DNA of 64,000 bases from Candidatus Woesearchaeota archaeon (GTDB lineage Archaea > Nanobdellota > Nanobdellia > Pacearchaeales > GW2011-AR1): NCBI GenBank assembly GCA_964408235.1, contig CAYOYN010000001.1, positions 77,450 to 141,449 on the forward strand, read 5' to 3'. The stretch's first letter is position 1, and each line of letters begins with the position of its first letter. The position numbers and the translations under genes were made by a program. Shown here one piece after another: positions 19,770 through 29,473 of this stretch. The notes under the pieces were generated by a model. The model saw only the letters and a program-made list of their open reading frames with translations. It had not been told where the DNA came from and made no database searches.

Positions 19770-20204
19770 TTAACAGTTTACAGGTTGTGAAGTAACTTGA
19801 CACAATTGTCCTCCACTTCTCAATACTGTATTTACTGATACTGGTGCAGCCATTGTAGGGTTAACTCCAGTAACTGTTGTAGTACCAAGTTCTGTCAATG
19901 TAGTTATTCCGCTTGTAACAACTTCCGTGTTTCCGCTAGCATCTTCGAACAATAACTCTATGCTCTCAAATGTTCCGGATCCAGGATTCCTCTTAACGAC
20001 TACATTATAGTTTCCACCGCTAGGTGTACAACTAACAGGTTCTACGCTCACTGTAAAACAATCAGCTTGAACGCCGGCAGCTCCTTTATCGATTGTTGGT
20101 TTAACAACAGACCAGATAACAGCAATTCCGACAATTACCAGAAGTACTATGAGGACATTAGCGACTACTTCGCTTACTCCTTTTTTTGAATTAAACATTC
20201 TCAT
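19770..20204 (-). CDS. Archaeal type IV pilin-like protein (class III signal peptide)
   Basis: NSKKG|VSEVVANVLIVLLVIVGIAVIWS prepilin-like N-terminus. T/S/G-rich beta domain. Confidence 0.65.
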   Translation of the reverse strand: MRMFNSKKGVSEVVANVLIVLLVIVGIAVIWSVVKPTIDKGAAGVQADCFTVSVEPVSCTPSGGNYNVVVKRNPGSGTFESIELLFEDASGNTEVVTSGITTLTELGTTTVTGVNPTMAAPVSVNTVLRSGGQLCQVTSQPVNC

Positions 20205-20246
20205 AAACCTCCTTTACCACTATGGAATATCAAAAGACTTTATAAA

Positions 20247-20522
20247 TTATTCGTCTAATGACAAGAAACCTTTGGATACTAACTCTTCAATAGAATATCT
20301 TTTTTTCCCATCACAAAAATTTGCCGAATTTTCAAGCAATAACTTATTTCTTCTGTTCTCGTAAAACTCTGCAAAACCAACGCCTGAACAAATTAAAAAG
20401 TAAGCTGCTCCAATAAGATACGGAATAGACCTTTCATGAATTGAAGAACTCATCATAAAAGGTCCTCCAGCAGTAGATATCCCTACAGTTAAAGCAGCGC
20501 CCAAATATTTCTTATTAACCAT
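20247..20522 (-). CDS. Small membrane protein
   Basis: 91 aa, two hydrophobic segments. Confidence 0.35.
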   Translation of the reverse strand: MVNKKYLGAALTVGISTAGGPFMMSSSIHERSIPYLIGAAYFLICSGVGFAEFYENRRNKLLLENSANFCDGKKRYSIEELVSKGFLSLDE

Positions 20523-20540
20523 TTCAAATAAATCGTTTAA

Positions 20541-22217
20541 TTAAGGATGTGCAAACCAATATTCTGCAATTCCATCTTTAACAGAATCAAATCTTACAAA
20601 GCCAAATCTTTCAAATTGAATAATTGTCCCAGTTTTAACTTTAGCTGCGTTAGGTTCACAAAATCCTTCGATCCATTCTCCTTCAGGCATTAATATTCTA
20701 GTCTTAACCGCTCCAACAGAAACCCAGTTTATTTTAGGGATTTTTTTATTTTCAATAGTTGTTACCTCAGTTTTGTTTCCAACTTTAACATTGAATAAGT
20801 GCAACAACCTAACTTCATTTCCCTTATGTTTCTCAAAATCTTTACCTGAAATAACTATATCATCACTGACTAAAACCTCTCTAGTATCTTCAGGCCTATC
20901 AGGATGATTAGGCACAACTACCTTGCCTATTCCTTTCATATCCTCATTAGAAATATTCAATTTTTTAGGATTTTCAACAAAAGAATAACGCAATGTTTCT
21001 GCATCTATCATTTGTCTATTAATCGCATAAAGTGCTTCAATCGGAACAACAATATCCTGTTTATTCAACCCAATTCTCTTCACAAATTCTCTGATAGATT
21101 CTGGTTTTATTCCTCGGCGAGCTAGAGATTGCACTGACCAAGTTCGGGGGTCATCCCAACCACTAAATTGTCCTGAAGTAACTTCTTTTTGTGCCTTAGA
21201 CTTAGATAATGTCCCTCCAACGCCTTCAAGTCTGACTTTTCCACAATGTATCAAAACTGGATGTTTCCACTTAAATAAATCCCAAATGTATTTTTCCATA
21301 TCTGACTCAATCATCAAATCGTTACCTCTTATGATGTGAGTTATTCCCAAAAGATGGTCATCGATTGCCCAAGTCATTTCTAATGAGGGCCATACGCGAT
21401 ATTTTGTTCCAACTCTAGGATGAGGTCTATCAGCAATTTTAAACAAAACCCTATCTCTAAAAGCAGGATTAGGATGTTGCATATCAGTCTTTAATCTTAA
21501 AGATGCTTCTCCTTCCTTAACTCTAGGCTCAAACATTTCCTTCCATCGAGCTTTCACAATACCAATTGGATATTGTCTGCATGAACATTCACGTGCTTCA
21601 GCCCTATTTTTTCTTAATTCTTCAGTTTTACAATAACAAACATATGCCTTATTCATTTCAATTAACTTTTCAGCATACTCATAATAAATTTCAAGCCTAT
21701 CCGATTTATAGTAAGTTTTTTTAGTTTCAACGCCTAGCCATTTGAATCCTTGTGGAATTAAATCATAGCTATCCTTCATAAGAGCTTTTTCGGCACTTCC
21801 TATGGTATCATCCATTACAAGAAGCAAATCAGCATTATATTTTTCAGCATAAAGAGCATTAAGCAAAAAAGTCTTAGCATTCCCTAAGTGTAATGCACCA
21901 GAAGGAAATGGAGCAAGTCTCAAAACCATTTTCTTTCCAATTTCGCTAGGAGGCAATTCAGGCAATTCGTAATCTTCAGTTTTATCATGCTTTTTCACAA
22001 CATCATCCATTTTAGAAAACAGTTCTTCTCTTTGTTTTTCATTCATAGAGTTAACATCAGAAACAATCTTTGCAATATCCTTTACAATTAATGGAATTTC
22101 CTTTCTGTCAAGCCCATGCTGGAATAATTTAGTAAGCACTCTTCCAGCGTCAGCCTTGCCATGCTCCATAGCATTTTGTAATGCGTATGCAAGTATTTCT
22201 TTAGAAAAGTCTTTCAT
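20541..22217 (-). CDS. gltX: Glutamyl-tRNA synthetase (archaeal/eukaryotic type)
   Basis: HIGH-type motif (PSGALHLGNAKT). KMSKS-type motif (GGTLSKSK). ~560 aa archaeal GluRS architecture. Confidence 0.9.
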   Translation of the reverse strand: MKDFSKEILAYALQNAMEHGKADAGRVLTKLFQHGLDRKEIPLIVKDIAKIVSDVNSMNEKQREELFSKMDDVVKKHDKTEDYELPELPPSEIGKKMVLRLAPFPSGALHLGNAKTFLLNALYAEKYNADLLLVMDDTIGSAEKALMKDSYDLIPQGFKWLGVETKKTYYKSDRLEIYYEYAEKLIEMNKAYVCYCKTEELRKNRAEARECSCRQYPIGIVKARWKEMFEPRVKEGEASLRLKTDMQHPNPAFRDRVLFKIADRPHPRVGTKYRVWPSLEMTWAIDDHLLGITHIIRGNDLMIESDMEKYIWDLFKWKHPVLIHCGKVRLEGVGGTLSKSKAQKEVTSGQFSGWDDPRTWSVQSLARRGIKPESIREFVKRIGLNKQDIVVPIEALYAINRQMIDAETLRYSFVENPKKLNISNEDMKGIGKVVVPNHPDRPEDTREVLVSDDIVISGKDFEKHKGNEVRLLHLFNVKVGNKTEVTTIENKKIPKINWVSVGAVKTRILMPEGEWIEGFCEPNAAKVKTGTIIQFERFGFVRFDSVKDGIAEYWFAHP

Positions 22218-22247
22218 ACAAATTTGACTATTATTAGCTATTTAAAA

Positions 22248-22463
22248 TTACCTTCTGCTTTTATCAGAAATTTTAACCCATGATATTTCTTGATCGGATA
22301 TTCTCTTTTCTAAATTAGGACCATCTTCTCTTGAAATAACTTCCGCGTTATTAAAAAACAAACCATATGTTCCAAGAGCAATAGAAAAAAACACTATGGA
22401 TAAATCAATTGAATAATTATTCCTGCTTTGATAAGGATTATTACCCTTAAGCATAATTAACAA
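22248..22463 (-). CDS. Small membrane protein
   Basis: 71 aa, one TM helix. Confidence 0.3.
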   Translation of the reverse strand: MLIMLKGNNPYQSRNNYSIDLSIVFFSIALGTYGLFFNNAEVISREDGPNLEKRISDQEISWVKISDKSRR

Positions 22464-22483
22464 AATACGAGATTGTATATAAA

Positions 22484-24508
22484 TTATTCTAAAGGAGATC
22501 CAGAGAATGAACTGTTACTCGCTTTTCCAGGAATTTCAGAACCTAGGTACGCAGGTAGCCCTGAAAAACCTCCTCCGTAAATTGAATGGTGTCCTTCAGG
22601 ATTAATCGGGCCTAATCCTCCGAAATATCCTCCATCATTTAAGATAGCGTTATTCCAATAAGCACTTCCATCCATACTAGCACCCATGGAATAAACTGGA
22701 GCAGTCAATCCTGAAAGAGATTCAGTAACAGGGGTCTTACTCATTCCAAGTCCGCCTTGACGAGAAAACCAATCTCCGGTTTCAATCGCTTTCTTTACAT
22801 TCCTAAAATTATGCCCCCAATCTTTATTGTTAAGTATTTCATCAATAGGGACATTACCCATTCCAATAGGCAATTCAGCATCTTCAAAACCAAGGTTATC
22901 TGCAATATGCATGTGTTTTACATATGGAGCAATAGTTCCTGCTTGTCCAATAACATCTTGTTTATTGTATCCCCACTTCTGGATAGAATTAATGTGTCCA
23001 ACATCCCAAGTTGCACCTATTATTTGCTCTGCTTGTTTTTTAGCTTCATTTTGAGACAATCCTAATCCCCCCTTTTCTTTAGGAGCACTAGCCTTATCAA
23101 CAAATTTTCTTCTTGCTTCGATTACTAAATCTTTTAGTTCTTCCGCTCTTGTCAATCCGCTCATCCCAGCAGGAGGGTTTTCAATACTTATTACTCCAGG
23201 AGCACGATTATGAGCCTTAGCGTTTTGCAAAGCATGAATAGCGACATTTGCAAATGTCTCAGAACTTTTATCAATCGCAAATTCTCTAAGGGGTCTATAA
23301 ATATTCGGCCTTACATCTTCTTCTTTCAAAAGCCTGGTGCCTTGAGTAATTTTATTCTGGATCTCCATAAAATTATATTCTTTTTCAAACTTCTTGAAAG
23401 TTTCACTTAGATCTTTGGAATAATTATTTAGTTTTTCCAAAGCTTTCTTTTTTCTTTCAGCTTCCTCTTTTTTATTTTCAGCTTGAGCTTTTTTAAAAGA
23501 TATTTCAGCATCAGTATAAGCTTGATTATATAATTCCTTGAATTGATCATAAGATTCTTTTATGAAAAATTCTGCATTTTGTAAATTAGTAACTCCTGAA
23601 TTTATGGCGCGAGCAAGTTCTGGATTTTGTTTTCTTGCTTCTTCCAAATCTTTTTTATATCTTTCATAATCCGTATTATAAACTTTATATCCTTCAAACA
23701 AACCTCCTACAGATTCTGGAGAAATAGATTTTATTTTAGAGTCTTCTTCTTTAGCTCCAGTAAGCGCGTCAATAACCTCTCTATTTACTCTTGTGCTATT
23801 AACAACAACTGATTCTATCTGACGGTTCCACTTTTCTTTATTAAATTCTTCAAATCGGCTCACTACACTTTCTTCTTTTTTATCAAAATGATTGTATCTC
23901 GCGTTAAATGGTAAAGTCCCTATTTCTCCAGTCCAAGGATTATATACTGACATGCTAACAACTTTTTCTTGAGGACTCCCATCTTTGTTTCTCCCAACAA
24001 CTACTTTCCTTTCAACTTCAGGCAAATCATTGTTGGAGTGAAAAGTCATTACAACTCCTTTTTTATCTTTTTCAGCAGTAGATGAATTCATTTGTTGAGC
24101 GAGTTCAACAGCAGCTTTCATTTGTTTCTCAGCTTCAATTCTTTGATCTTCAGACCAATTCCCTCTAGAAAAACCGGTTGATTCAACTAAGGGTCCATGG
24201 AATGTTAAGTCTACTCCTGTCAACTTCCTTAATCTATCTATTTCTTTCCAATGCTGTTTTGGAATAGAAGCCAAGTGTTTCATTGGTCCACGAGCATTTA
24301 ATCCCAAACCTGAAACTTCAATATTCTGCGCACCAGTATTTATTTTATCAGAAACTTTCTTTAATTGATTTGCAGTTAATGGATCAGTAGGATAAGCTAT
24401 ATCTTTAACAGAAGGATGATAAGCATTATCTCCTGTAAATCCACCATAAGGTTTCTCAAAACTATATTTTGAACCGTTTACAGGATAAAAAGTTTCGTAA
24501 CTAGCCAT
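22484..24508 (-). CDS. Large hypothetical protein with Gly-rich C-terminus (possible xylose-isomerase-like TIM barrel region)
   Basis: 674 aa. WDVGHIN...HMHIADN His/Asp pattern. C-terminal GGYFGGLGP...GGGFSG low complexity. Confidence 0.6.
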   Translation of the reverse strand: MASYETFYPVNGSKYSFEKPYGGFTGDNAYHPSVKDIAYPTDPLTANQLKKVSDKINTGAQNIEVSGLGLNARGPMKHLASIPKQHWKEIDRLRKLTGVDLTFHGPLVESTGFSRGNWSEDQRIEAEKQMKAAVELAQQMNSSTAEKDKKGVVMTFHSNNDLPEVERKVVVGRNKDGSPQEKVVSMSVYNPWTGEIGTLPFNARYNHFDKKEESVVSRFEEFNKEKWNRQIESVVVNSTRVNREVIDALTGAKEEDSKIKSISPESVGGLFEGYKVYNTDYERYKKDLEEARKQNPELARAINSGVTNLQNAEFFIKESYDQFKELYNQAYTDAEISFKKAQAENKKEEAERKKKALEKLNNYSKDLSETFKKFEKEYNFMEIQNKITQGTRLLKEEDVRPNIYRPLREFAIDKSSETFANVAIHALQNAKAHNRAPGVISIENPPAGMSGLTRAEELKDLVIEARRKFVDKASAPKEKGGLGLSQNEAKKQAEQIIGATWDVGHINSIQKWGYNKQDVIGQAGTIAPYVKHMHIADNLGFEDAELPIGMGNVPIDEILNNKDWGHNFRNVKKAIETGDWFSRQGGLGMSKTPVTESLSGLTAPVYSMGASMDGSAYWNNAILNDGGYFGGLGPINPEGHHSIYGGGFSGLPAYLGSEIPGKASNSSFSGSPLE

Positions 24509-24553
24509 TTAACACCTCAAGGATATAATCAATTCAGAATATATAAACCTAAT

Positions 24554-25156
24554 TTATCGTATAATCTGTCTAAACTTCCTAACTATTTTATCAGGGCCTT
24601 CTTTCTCAACAATTTCCCATGATCTTTTATAATCTGAAGATACATTTGAATTCCACATATCTCTCATTAATCTATCTGCTCCGAAAAAATCTAGATAAAG
24701 GGCCATATGCACAGCATTTAAAAAAATATGATCTTTAGTAGTTTTAGTTTCACGAGGATATTCATCATCGAGATATTTTTGCCACTTTTCCCATTTTTTA
24801 TCATTTACATTAGCTTGCAATGTATGAATCAATTCGTGTGTCAAAATATCTATTGCATGAGTGATATCATTACATATTTTAATTGTTAAAGGATCTGACA
24901 TTGGCCTACAAGCTCCTACAATATAACAAGAGATTTCATGATTTTTCCATTTCAAACCTGAAATACTACTTATTTCTTCTAAGATTTTATTTCCCTCTCT
25001 TTTCCAAACAACTTCAAGATCATTCATGAAATTTATTATCTCCATAGGATTGGGATATTTTTTACCTATTTTTTTTAATAGTTTTTTAAGTTCGTGAGAG
25101 TTCCTAAACAAATCATCATAAATGTAAGAATACTTGAATTCAATTTTTGGGATCAT
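24554..25156 (-). CDS. Putative zincin-like metallopeptidase (HExxH)
   Basis: THELIHTLQ HExxH motif in a 200-aa protein. Confidence 0.4.
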   Translation of the reverse strand: MIPKIEFKYSYIYDDLFRNSHELKKLLKKIGKKYPNPMEIINFMNDLEVVWKREGNKILEEISSISGLKWKNHEISCYIVGACRPMSDPLTIKICNDITHAIDILTHELIHTLQANVNDKKWEKWQKYLDDEYPRETKTTKDHIFLNAVHMALYLDFFGADRLMRDMWNSNVSSDYKRSWEIVEKEGPDKIVRKFRQIIR

Positions 25157-25199
25157 CTAAATTAAAAATCAATTCATCTATAAAAACCTTACATAAATT

Positions 25200-25658
25200 T
25201 TACATTAAGTTTCTTTTTCTATCTTTACTTTGTCCTTGTTCCCCAGCATAATTTCTTTCTTGGTTTTCGCGACTTTCCATCCTATTATCTTGCAAATTCC
25301 TATCTTGCCCTAAATTTCTCTCGCCTAAATCTCTAGCCTGGCTCGAAGATTCAGATGATCCAACCGGAGTATAAGAATTTCCTTTGTAAGAGTTACCTCC
25401 TCCAATATATGATGGCCTAAAATTTATTTCTTCCCTGTCTTCCCTAGAAATTCTAGTCTGCCTTTCTTCAAAAGTTTCCTGTCTAGATTCGGTTGCCTCT
25501 AAAGTGGAAGTCCTGTTATGCCTTACCCGAGAAAAAGAAAGATTATCTAATTCCCCATAATCTTCCTCATCTTCAAATTCATCATCAATAGATTCTATTT
25601 CCTTAGGAACCTCCTTAATATTAGATTCAATTTTCTTTATTTCTTTTATTTTAGACAT
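25200..25658 (-). CDS. Low-complexity charged (likely disordered) protein
   Basis: 152 aa rich in E/R/S/N/Q. No hydrophobic core. Confidence 0.4.
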   Translation of the reverse strand: MSKIKEIKKIESNIKEVPKEIESIDDEFEDEEDYGELDNLSFSRVRHNRTSTLEATESRQETFEERQTRISREDREEINFRPSYIGGGNSYKGNSYTPVGSSESSSQARDLGERNLGQDRNLQDNRMESRENQERNYAGEQGQSKDRKRNLM

Positions 25659-25691
25659 AATCTTAGGCAGAAAGCAAACTTAAATATTTTC

Positions 25692-27332
25692 CTATCCATC
25701 AAATGGACTTGCATGCGAGGGCATTCCGTGTGCTTTCTTATATGTGTCAAATATTGTAAAGCACATAGATCTAGAATCGATAGCACATTGAGATCTAACT
25801 ACTTTTTCATATTCGTTGTCAGGTGCAGGATTTACAGTTTTTTTCTCATCAAATTTTTCTTTTTCTTTTTTCTTAATTTTAAATGCAGAAAATAAAGCCT
25901 TCAGCCCAAAATCATCTCCCTTCGCTTTTTCTTCTTTCTTTCTAATAGCATCTTCCTTCTTTTGCTTATCTTCCTTATCTATTTCTTCATCTTCTTTGCC
26001 TTCAGTTAAAGCTCTAATGTCTTTATCAATTTGGTCAAGACTTTCTTTAGTAGCTCCTTCTACAAGACCCAATACACTTTTAAGATCATCTTTATTGAGC
26101 TCATTATTCAAAACTTTAAGTTCTTGTTCATTCAAAGCATAACTTGTAAATTTAATATCTACTTTGCCCCCGAAAGACCAATCTCCTCTTTGAGAAACTC
26201 TTTGAGGTATACCTCTAAAATCTAATTCAAGAACTAAAACTTTATGATATTCTCTCCCCTTATAATTATTAAACAAATCCGGTAATAATCCTGCAGCAAC
26301 ATCGTCTTTTATATCATAAGGTGAAGTCGCAATTAATTTTAATTCAAGGATCATAGTGTTAAATGCTGTAACTAAGGCTGCATTTTTGCTCTCATAATTT
26401 TGTTGAAGTTTCTGTGCTGCGACAAGGTATGGCTTAACCCATTTGGCATATAATTTAAGCATATTAACTTGAGATTTCAAATAATTTCTTTCAATTTCAT
26501 ACCTTTGTTTAAGAGAAGAATAAGACTCTTTTATCCATAAGAAGAATTCTTCAGCTCTCTGTATCAATATTTTCTTTACTCTTTCATTTAAATCAAGTCC
26601 GCCTTTGTTTTCTGGTAAAGATGCTTGTTCAACAGACCTTATTGACATAAAAGCGTCTCTCAAAGTAACAAAATCAAGTTCTCCGGAAGACAAAGCGTTA
26701 ATACTTCCCCTTCCTTTTCTTATATCTACATTATCTAGCCAAATTTGTTTCAAAGATAATAGGGCCTTATACTTTTCTTCTTGATTAGACTTTTCGTCCG
26801 TAAAAGTTTTGTAAGGTTTTAATCTAATCCTAAATTCCTTCAGATCATAAACTAAATTCAAAACAGACTTTAAAACAGTGTTTACATTTCCCATAGTTCT
26901 TGAGGCTTCCTGCTGCATTTGAGTAGCTTTTCCTTGCATTTCAGAAAAGTGTCCAGATCCAGGAGAAGCTACAAAATTATCAGTTATCTTTTCAACACTT
27001 CTATAAGGGCCATTAAGAAAATCAAGCAACCAAAAATAAACTGGTTCTATTCCTTCTAGAGGAGAATCATAAGTTAATTTATGTTGTTCTATTGGAGACT
27101 TTAAACCCCATAAATTAAGAGCATCTGCTTTAGCTGCATCATAATTATAAAAAGGTAAATCTTTCCAGTTTAATGGCGTAGCTAATTTCAAAACATCATC
27201 TGTCAAACCATCAATTTTAGCTAGAAATTTTATTTTTTTAGGCAGATTAACTTCTTCGCCTTCAATTTCTTTAGTCTTTTGACAATAAACATCTGGACTA
27301 ATAGCAGCAATTAATTTATGAATATCAGCCAT
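25692..27332 (-). CDS. Large hypothetical protein with Lys/Glu-rich coiled segment
   Basis: 546-aa ORF. KEDEEIDKEDKQKKEDAIRKKEEKAK stretch. Confidence 0.6.
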   Translation of the reverse strand: MADIHKLIAAISPDVYCQKTKEIEGEEVNLPKKIKFLAKIDGLTDDVLKLATPLNWKDLPFYNYDAAKADALNLWGLKSPIEQHKLTYDSPLEGIEPVYFWLLDFLNGPYRSVEKITDNFVASPGSGHFSEMQGKATQMQQEASRTMGNVNTVLKSVLNLVYDLKEFRIRLKPYKTFTDEKSNQEEKYKALLSLKQIWLDNVDIRKGRGSINALSSGELDFVTLRDAFMSIRSVEQASLPENKGGLDLNERVKKILIQRAEEFFLWIKESYSSLKQRYEIERNYLKSQVNMLKLYAKWVKPYLVAAQKLQQNYESKNAALVTAFNTMILELKLIATSPYDIKDDVAAGLLPDLFNNYKGREYHKVLVLELDFRGIPQRVSQRGDWSFGGKVDIKFTSYALNEQELKVLNNELNKDDLKSVLGLVEGATKESLDQIDKDIRALTEGKEDEEIDKEDKQKKEDAIRKKEEKAKGDDFGLKALFSAFKIKKKEKEKFDEKKTVNPAPDNEYEKVVRSQCAIDSRSMCFTIFDTYKKAHGMPSHASPFDG

Positions 27333-27418
27333 CTTCTTTTAATTACAAACATAATCTATTTATTTAAAGGTATTCCACCCCCAGATAAGATTATATAGAA
27401 TAATTCATTCAATAAAAC

Positions 27419-27796
27419 ATGTTCAAAAAGAGAGAGGGTATAGACATTTTAGACTTGCCAGAACTACACAGAAAGAAGTTAATTCAACTACCTGAAACTA
27501 AGAAAAATGAAGAAACAAAAATAACAAGCGACGGTTATTTTGTTTTATCCGAAGAAAATCAAAAACAAGAAACAATTCAAACTACTCAAATAGAATCTCC
27601 TAAAGTAGACATGGTTACTCCTCAAGTAAGTAATTTTTTATCTGATTTTGCCTCGATAGGCTCAAGTATCCCTCAAATAACTCCAGAAGCTAAAATTGAA
27701 GATAAAGAAGAGATAAAGGACTTAAAATGGAGACTTGAAAACTTAGAATTCAAGCTAGAACAACTAATTGAAAGAATAGATTCTATAAACAGATAA
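27419..27796 (+). CDS. Hypothetical coiled-coil protein
   Basis: 125 aa. C-terminal LKWRLENLEFKLEQLIERI heptads. Confidence 0.45.
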   Translation: MFKKREGIDILDLPELHRKKLIQLPETKKNEETKITSDGYFVLSEENQKQETIQTTQIESPKVDMVTPQVSNFLSDFASIGSSIPQITPEAKIEDKEEIKDLKWRLENLEFKLEQLIERIDSINR

Positions 27797-27859
27797 ACCA
27801 ATATATACTTTCGAGAGCAATGTTTAAATAATACTCTGCAGTTTAACTGTCGAATAGAG

Positions 27860-28723
27860 ATGGTGAAAAAAGAAAAAAATAGTTCTGCAAAGAAGACTCA
27901 AGAAGTAAAAACTAAAAATTATTCTAAATTCAGAACAGAAAAAGAAATTGCAATGGACTTTGCAACAAAAGTTCAAAGAAAATTTGACCACCTTGTAAAA
28001 GCCACAGTTTTATTCGGTTCTCAAACTTCAGGGGAAGTAAAACCTGGTTCAGATATAGATATTGTAATAATATTAGACGACGCAGCCATAAGTTGGGATA
28101 TGGAATTAACTGCTTGGTATAGAGAAGAGCTAGGCAGATTAATTGCAGAGCAAAATTACTCAAGAGATCTTCACATAAATACAATTAGATTAACAACTTG
28201 GTGGCGTGACTTAATGCATGGAGACCCAGTAATACTTAACATAATAAGGCAAGGACAAGTATTAATCGATATTGGGGGATTTTTCAACCCAATAAAATCT
28301 TTAATGGTTCAAGGGTATATTCATTCAACTCCAGAAGCAGTATATGCCTCACTTCAAAGATCTCCTTATCACTTAACTAGAAGTAAAATGTCTATGTTAA
28401 ATGCAGTAGAAGGAGTTTATTGGTGCATGGTAGAAGCAGCTCAAGCAGCCTTAATCACTTTAGGAAAATTACCTCCTTCCCCAGAACACATAACAAAAAT
28501 GTTGCATGAAAATTTTGTAGAAACAGGAGTGCTAAAGTCAGATTATGTTAAATGGTACCATAACGTATTCATGCTTCACAAACAAATAGCTCATGGAGAC
28601 GTAAAAGTAGTAAGGGCCACAGAAATAGAAATGTGGCAAGGAAAAGCCGAAGAATTTATGAAAAAAATGGTAGAATTAATAGACAAATTAATAGAAGCTC
28701 GTAAAAATCAAGATAAAAAATAA
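27860..28723 (+). CDS. Minimal nucleotidyltransferase (Pol-beta superfamily) domain protein
   Basis: LFGSQTSGEVKPGSDIDIVIILDD = GS...DxD NTase signature. Confidence 0.65.
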   Translation: MVKKEKNSSAKKTQEVKTKNYSKFRTEKEIAMDFATKVQRKFDHLVKATVLFGSQTSGEVKPGSDIDIVIILDDAAISWDMELTAWYREELGRLIAEQNYSRDLHINTIRLTTWWRDLMHGDPVILNIIRQGQVLIDIGGFFNPIKSLMVQGYIHSTPEAVYASLQRSPYHLTRSKMSMLNAVEGVYWCMVEAAQAALITLGKLPPSPEHITKMLHENFVETGVLKSDYVKWYHNVFMLHKQIAHGDVKVVRATEIEMWQGKAEEFMKKMVELIDKLIEARKNQDKK

Positions 28724-28724
28724 A

Positions 28725-29432
28725 TTATTGACTATCTGCTAAAGCCTTAGCAATTTCATAAGCTTCAGGTTTCTTAGCCTTATCATCCAAAGATTGGTAT
28801 CTTCCAACTGCATAGCTAGTTAACTTTTGAGCTTCAACGCCCTCGAATTTCTTTATTTTTTCAGAAGCGTCTTTTTGAACAGCTCCAACTGAAATATCAG
28901 GATTATTATTCAAAACCCAAGCAATTGCGCCCTTCAAAGAGTTTTTCTTTGTAGCTCCAATAACTTTTTCTTGATATGATTTAACAGCTTTACCTAATTC
29001 TTTTTCATCACTTAATAATTTTCTAGCCTTAACTGCTCCTTCATAAGCTCCAAAAACTTCTTGATCTGCACCCTTATAATTTACAGGCTTTTTATTTAAT
29101 AAATAATTTCTCAAAACTTCAGGCTTTGTTCCTTCAATAGCCTCTCTGGCCTTAGGTAGGGTTATTCCAATAACTTCTTCAATAACCTCTCCAACATAAG
29201 CTTCAAGTGTTTCTCTTTGTCTAGCAGGAGTCATATCAGCAGCATGAGCCCTAAGAGCGGCATATCCAGCAGGATTAGATTTATCCATACCCTCTATTTT
29301 AGCAAGATCTAAAGCAGCAATAAAACTACCTCCGCTTTCATCGAATTTAATTCTATAGGCTTCTACCTTTTTTGCCTTACTTCCTGCTCCGATTACATCG
29401 TCTAATGCCATATAAATCCTAGAAGTTCGCAC
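28725..29432 (-). CDS. Hypothetical alpha-helical protein
   Basis: 235 aa, Ala/Lys/Glu-rich. Confidence 0.5.
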   Translation of the reverse strand: MRTSRIYMALDDVIGAGSKAKKVEAYRIKFDESGGSFIAALDLAKIEGMDKSNPAGYAALRAHAADMTPARQRETLEAYVGEVIEEVIGITLPKAREAIEGTKPEVLRNYLLNKKPVNYKGADQEVFGAYEGAVKARKLLSDEKELGKAVKSYQEKVIGATKKNSLKGAIAWVLNNNPDISVGAVQKDASEKIKKFEGVEAQKLTSYAVGRYQSLDDKAKKPEAYEIAKALADSQ

Positions 29433-29473
29433 TATTTAAACCTTTCGATTATGTATCTACGTTATAGTAACAA

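Noticed and set aside
22757-26225. Plus-strand ORFs 22757-23065, 22827-23054, 23210-23410, 23627-23812, 25713-25895, 25816-26142 and 26031-26225
   Set aside because: They are antisense to the long 674-aa and 546-aa genes. Their F/S/I-rich translations mirror the K/E-rich sense strands.
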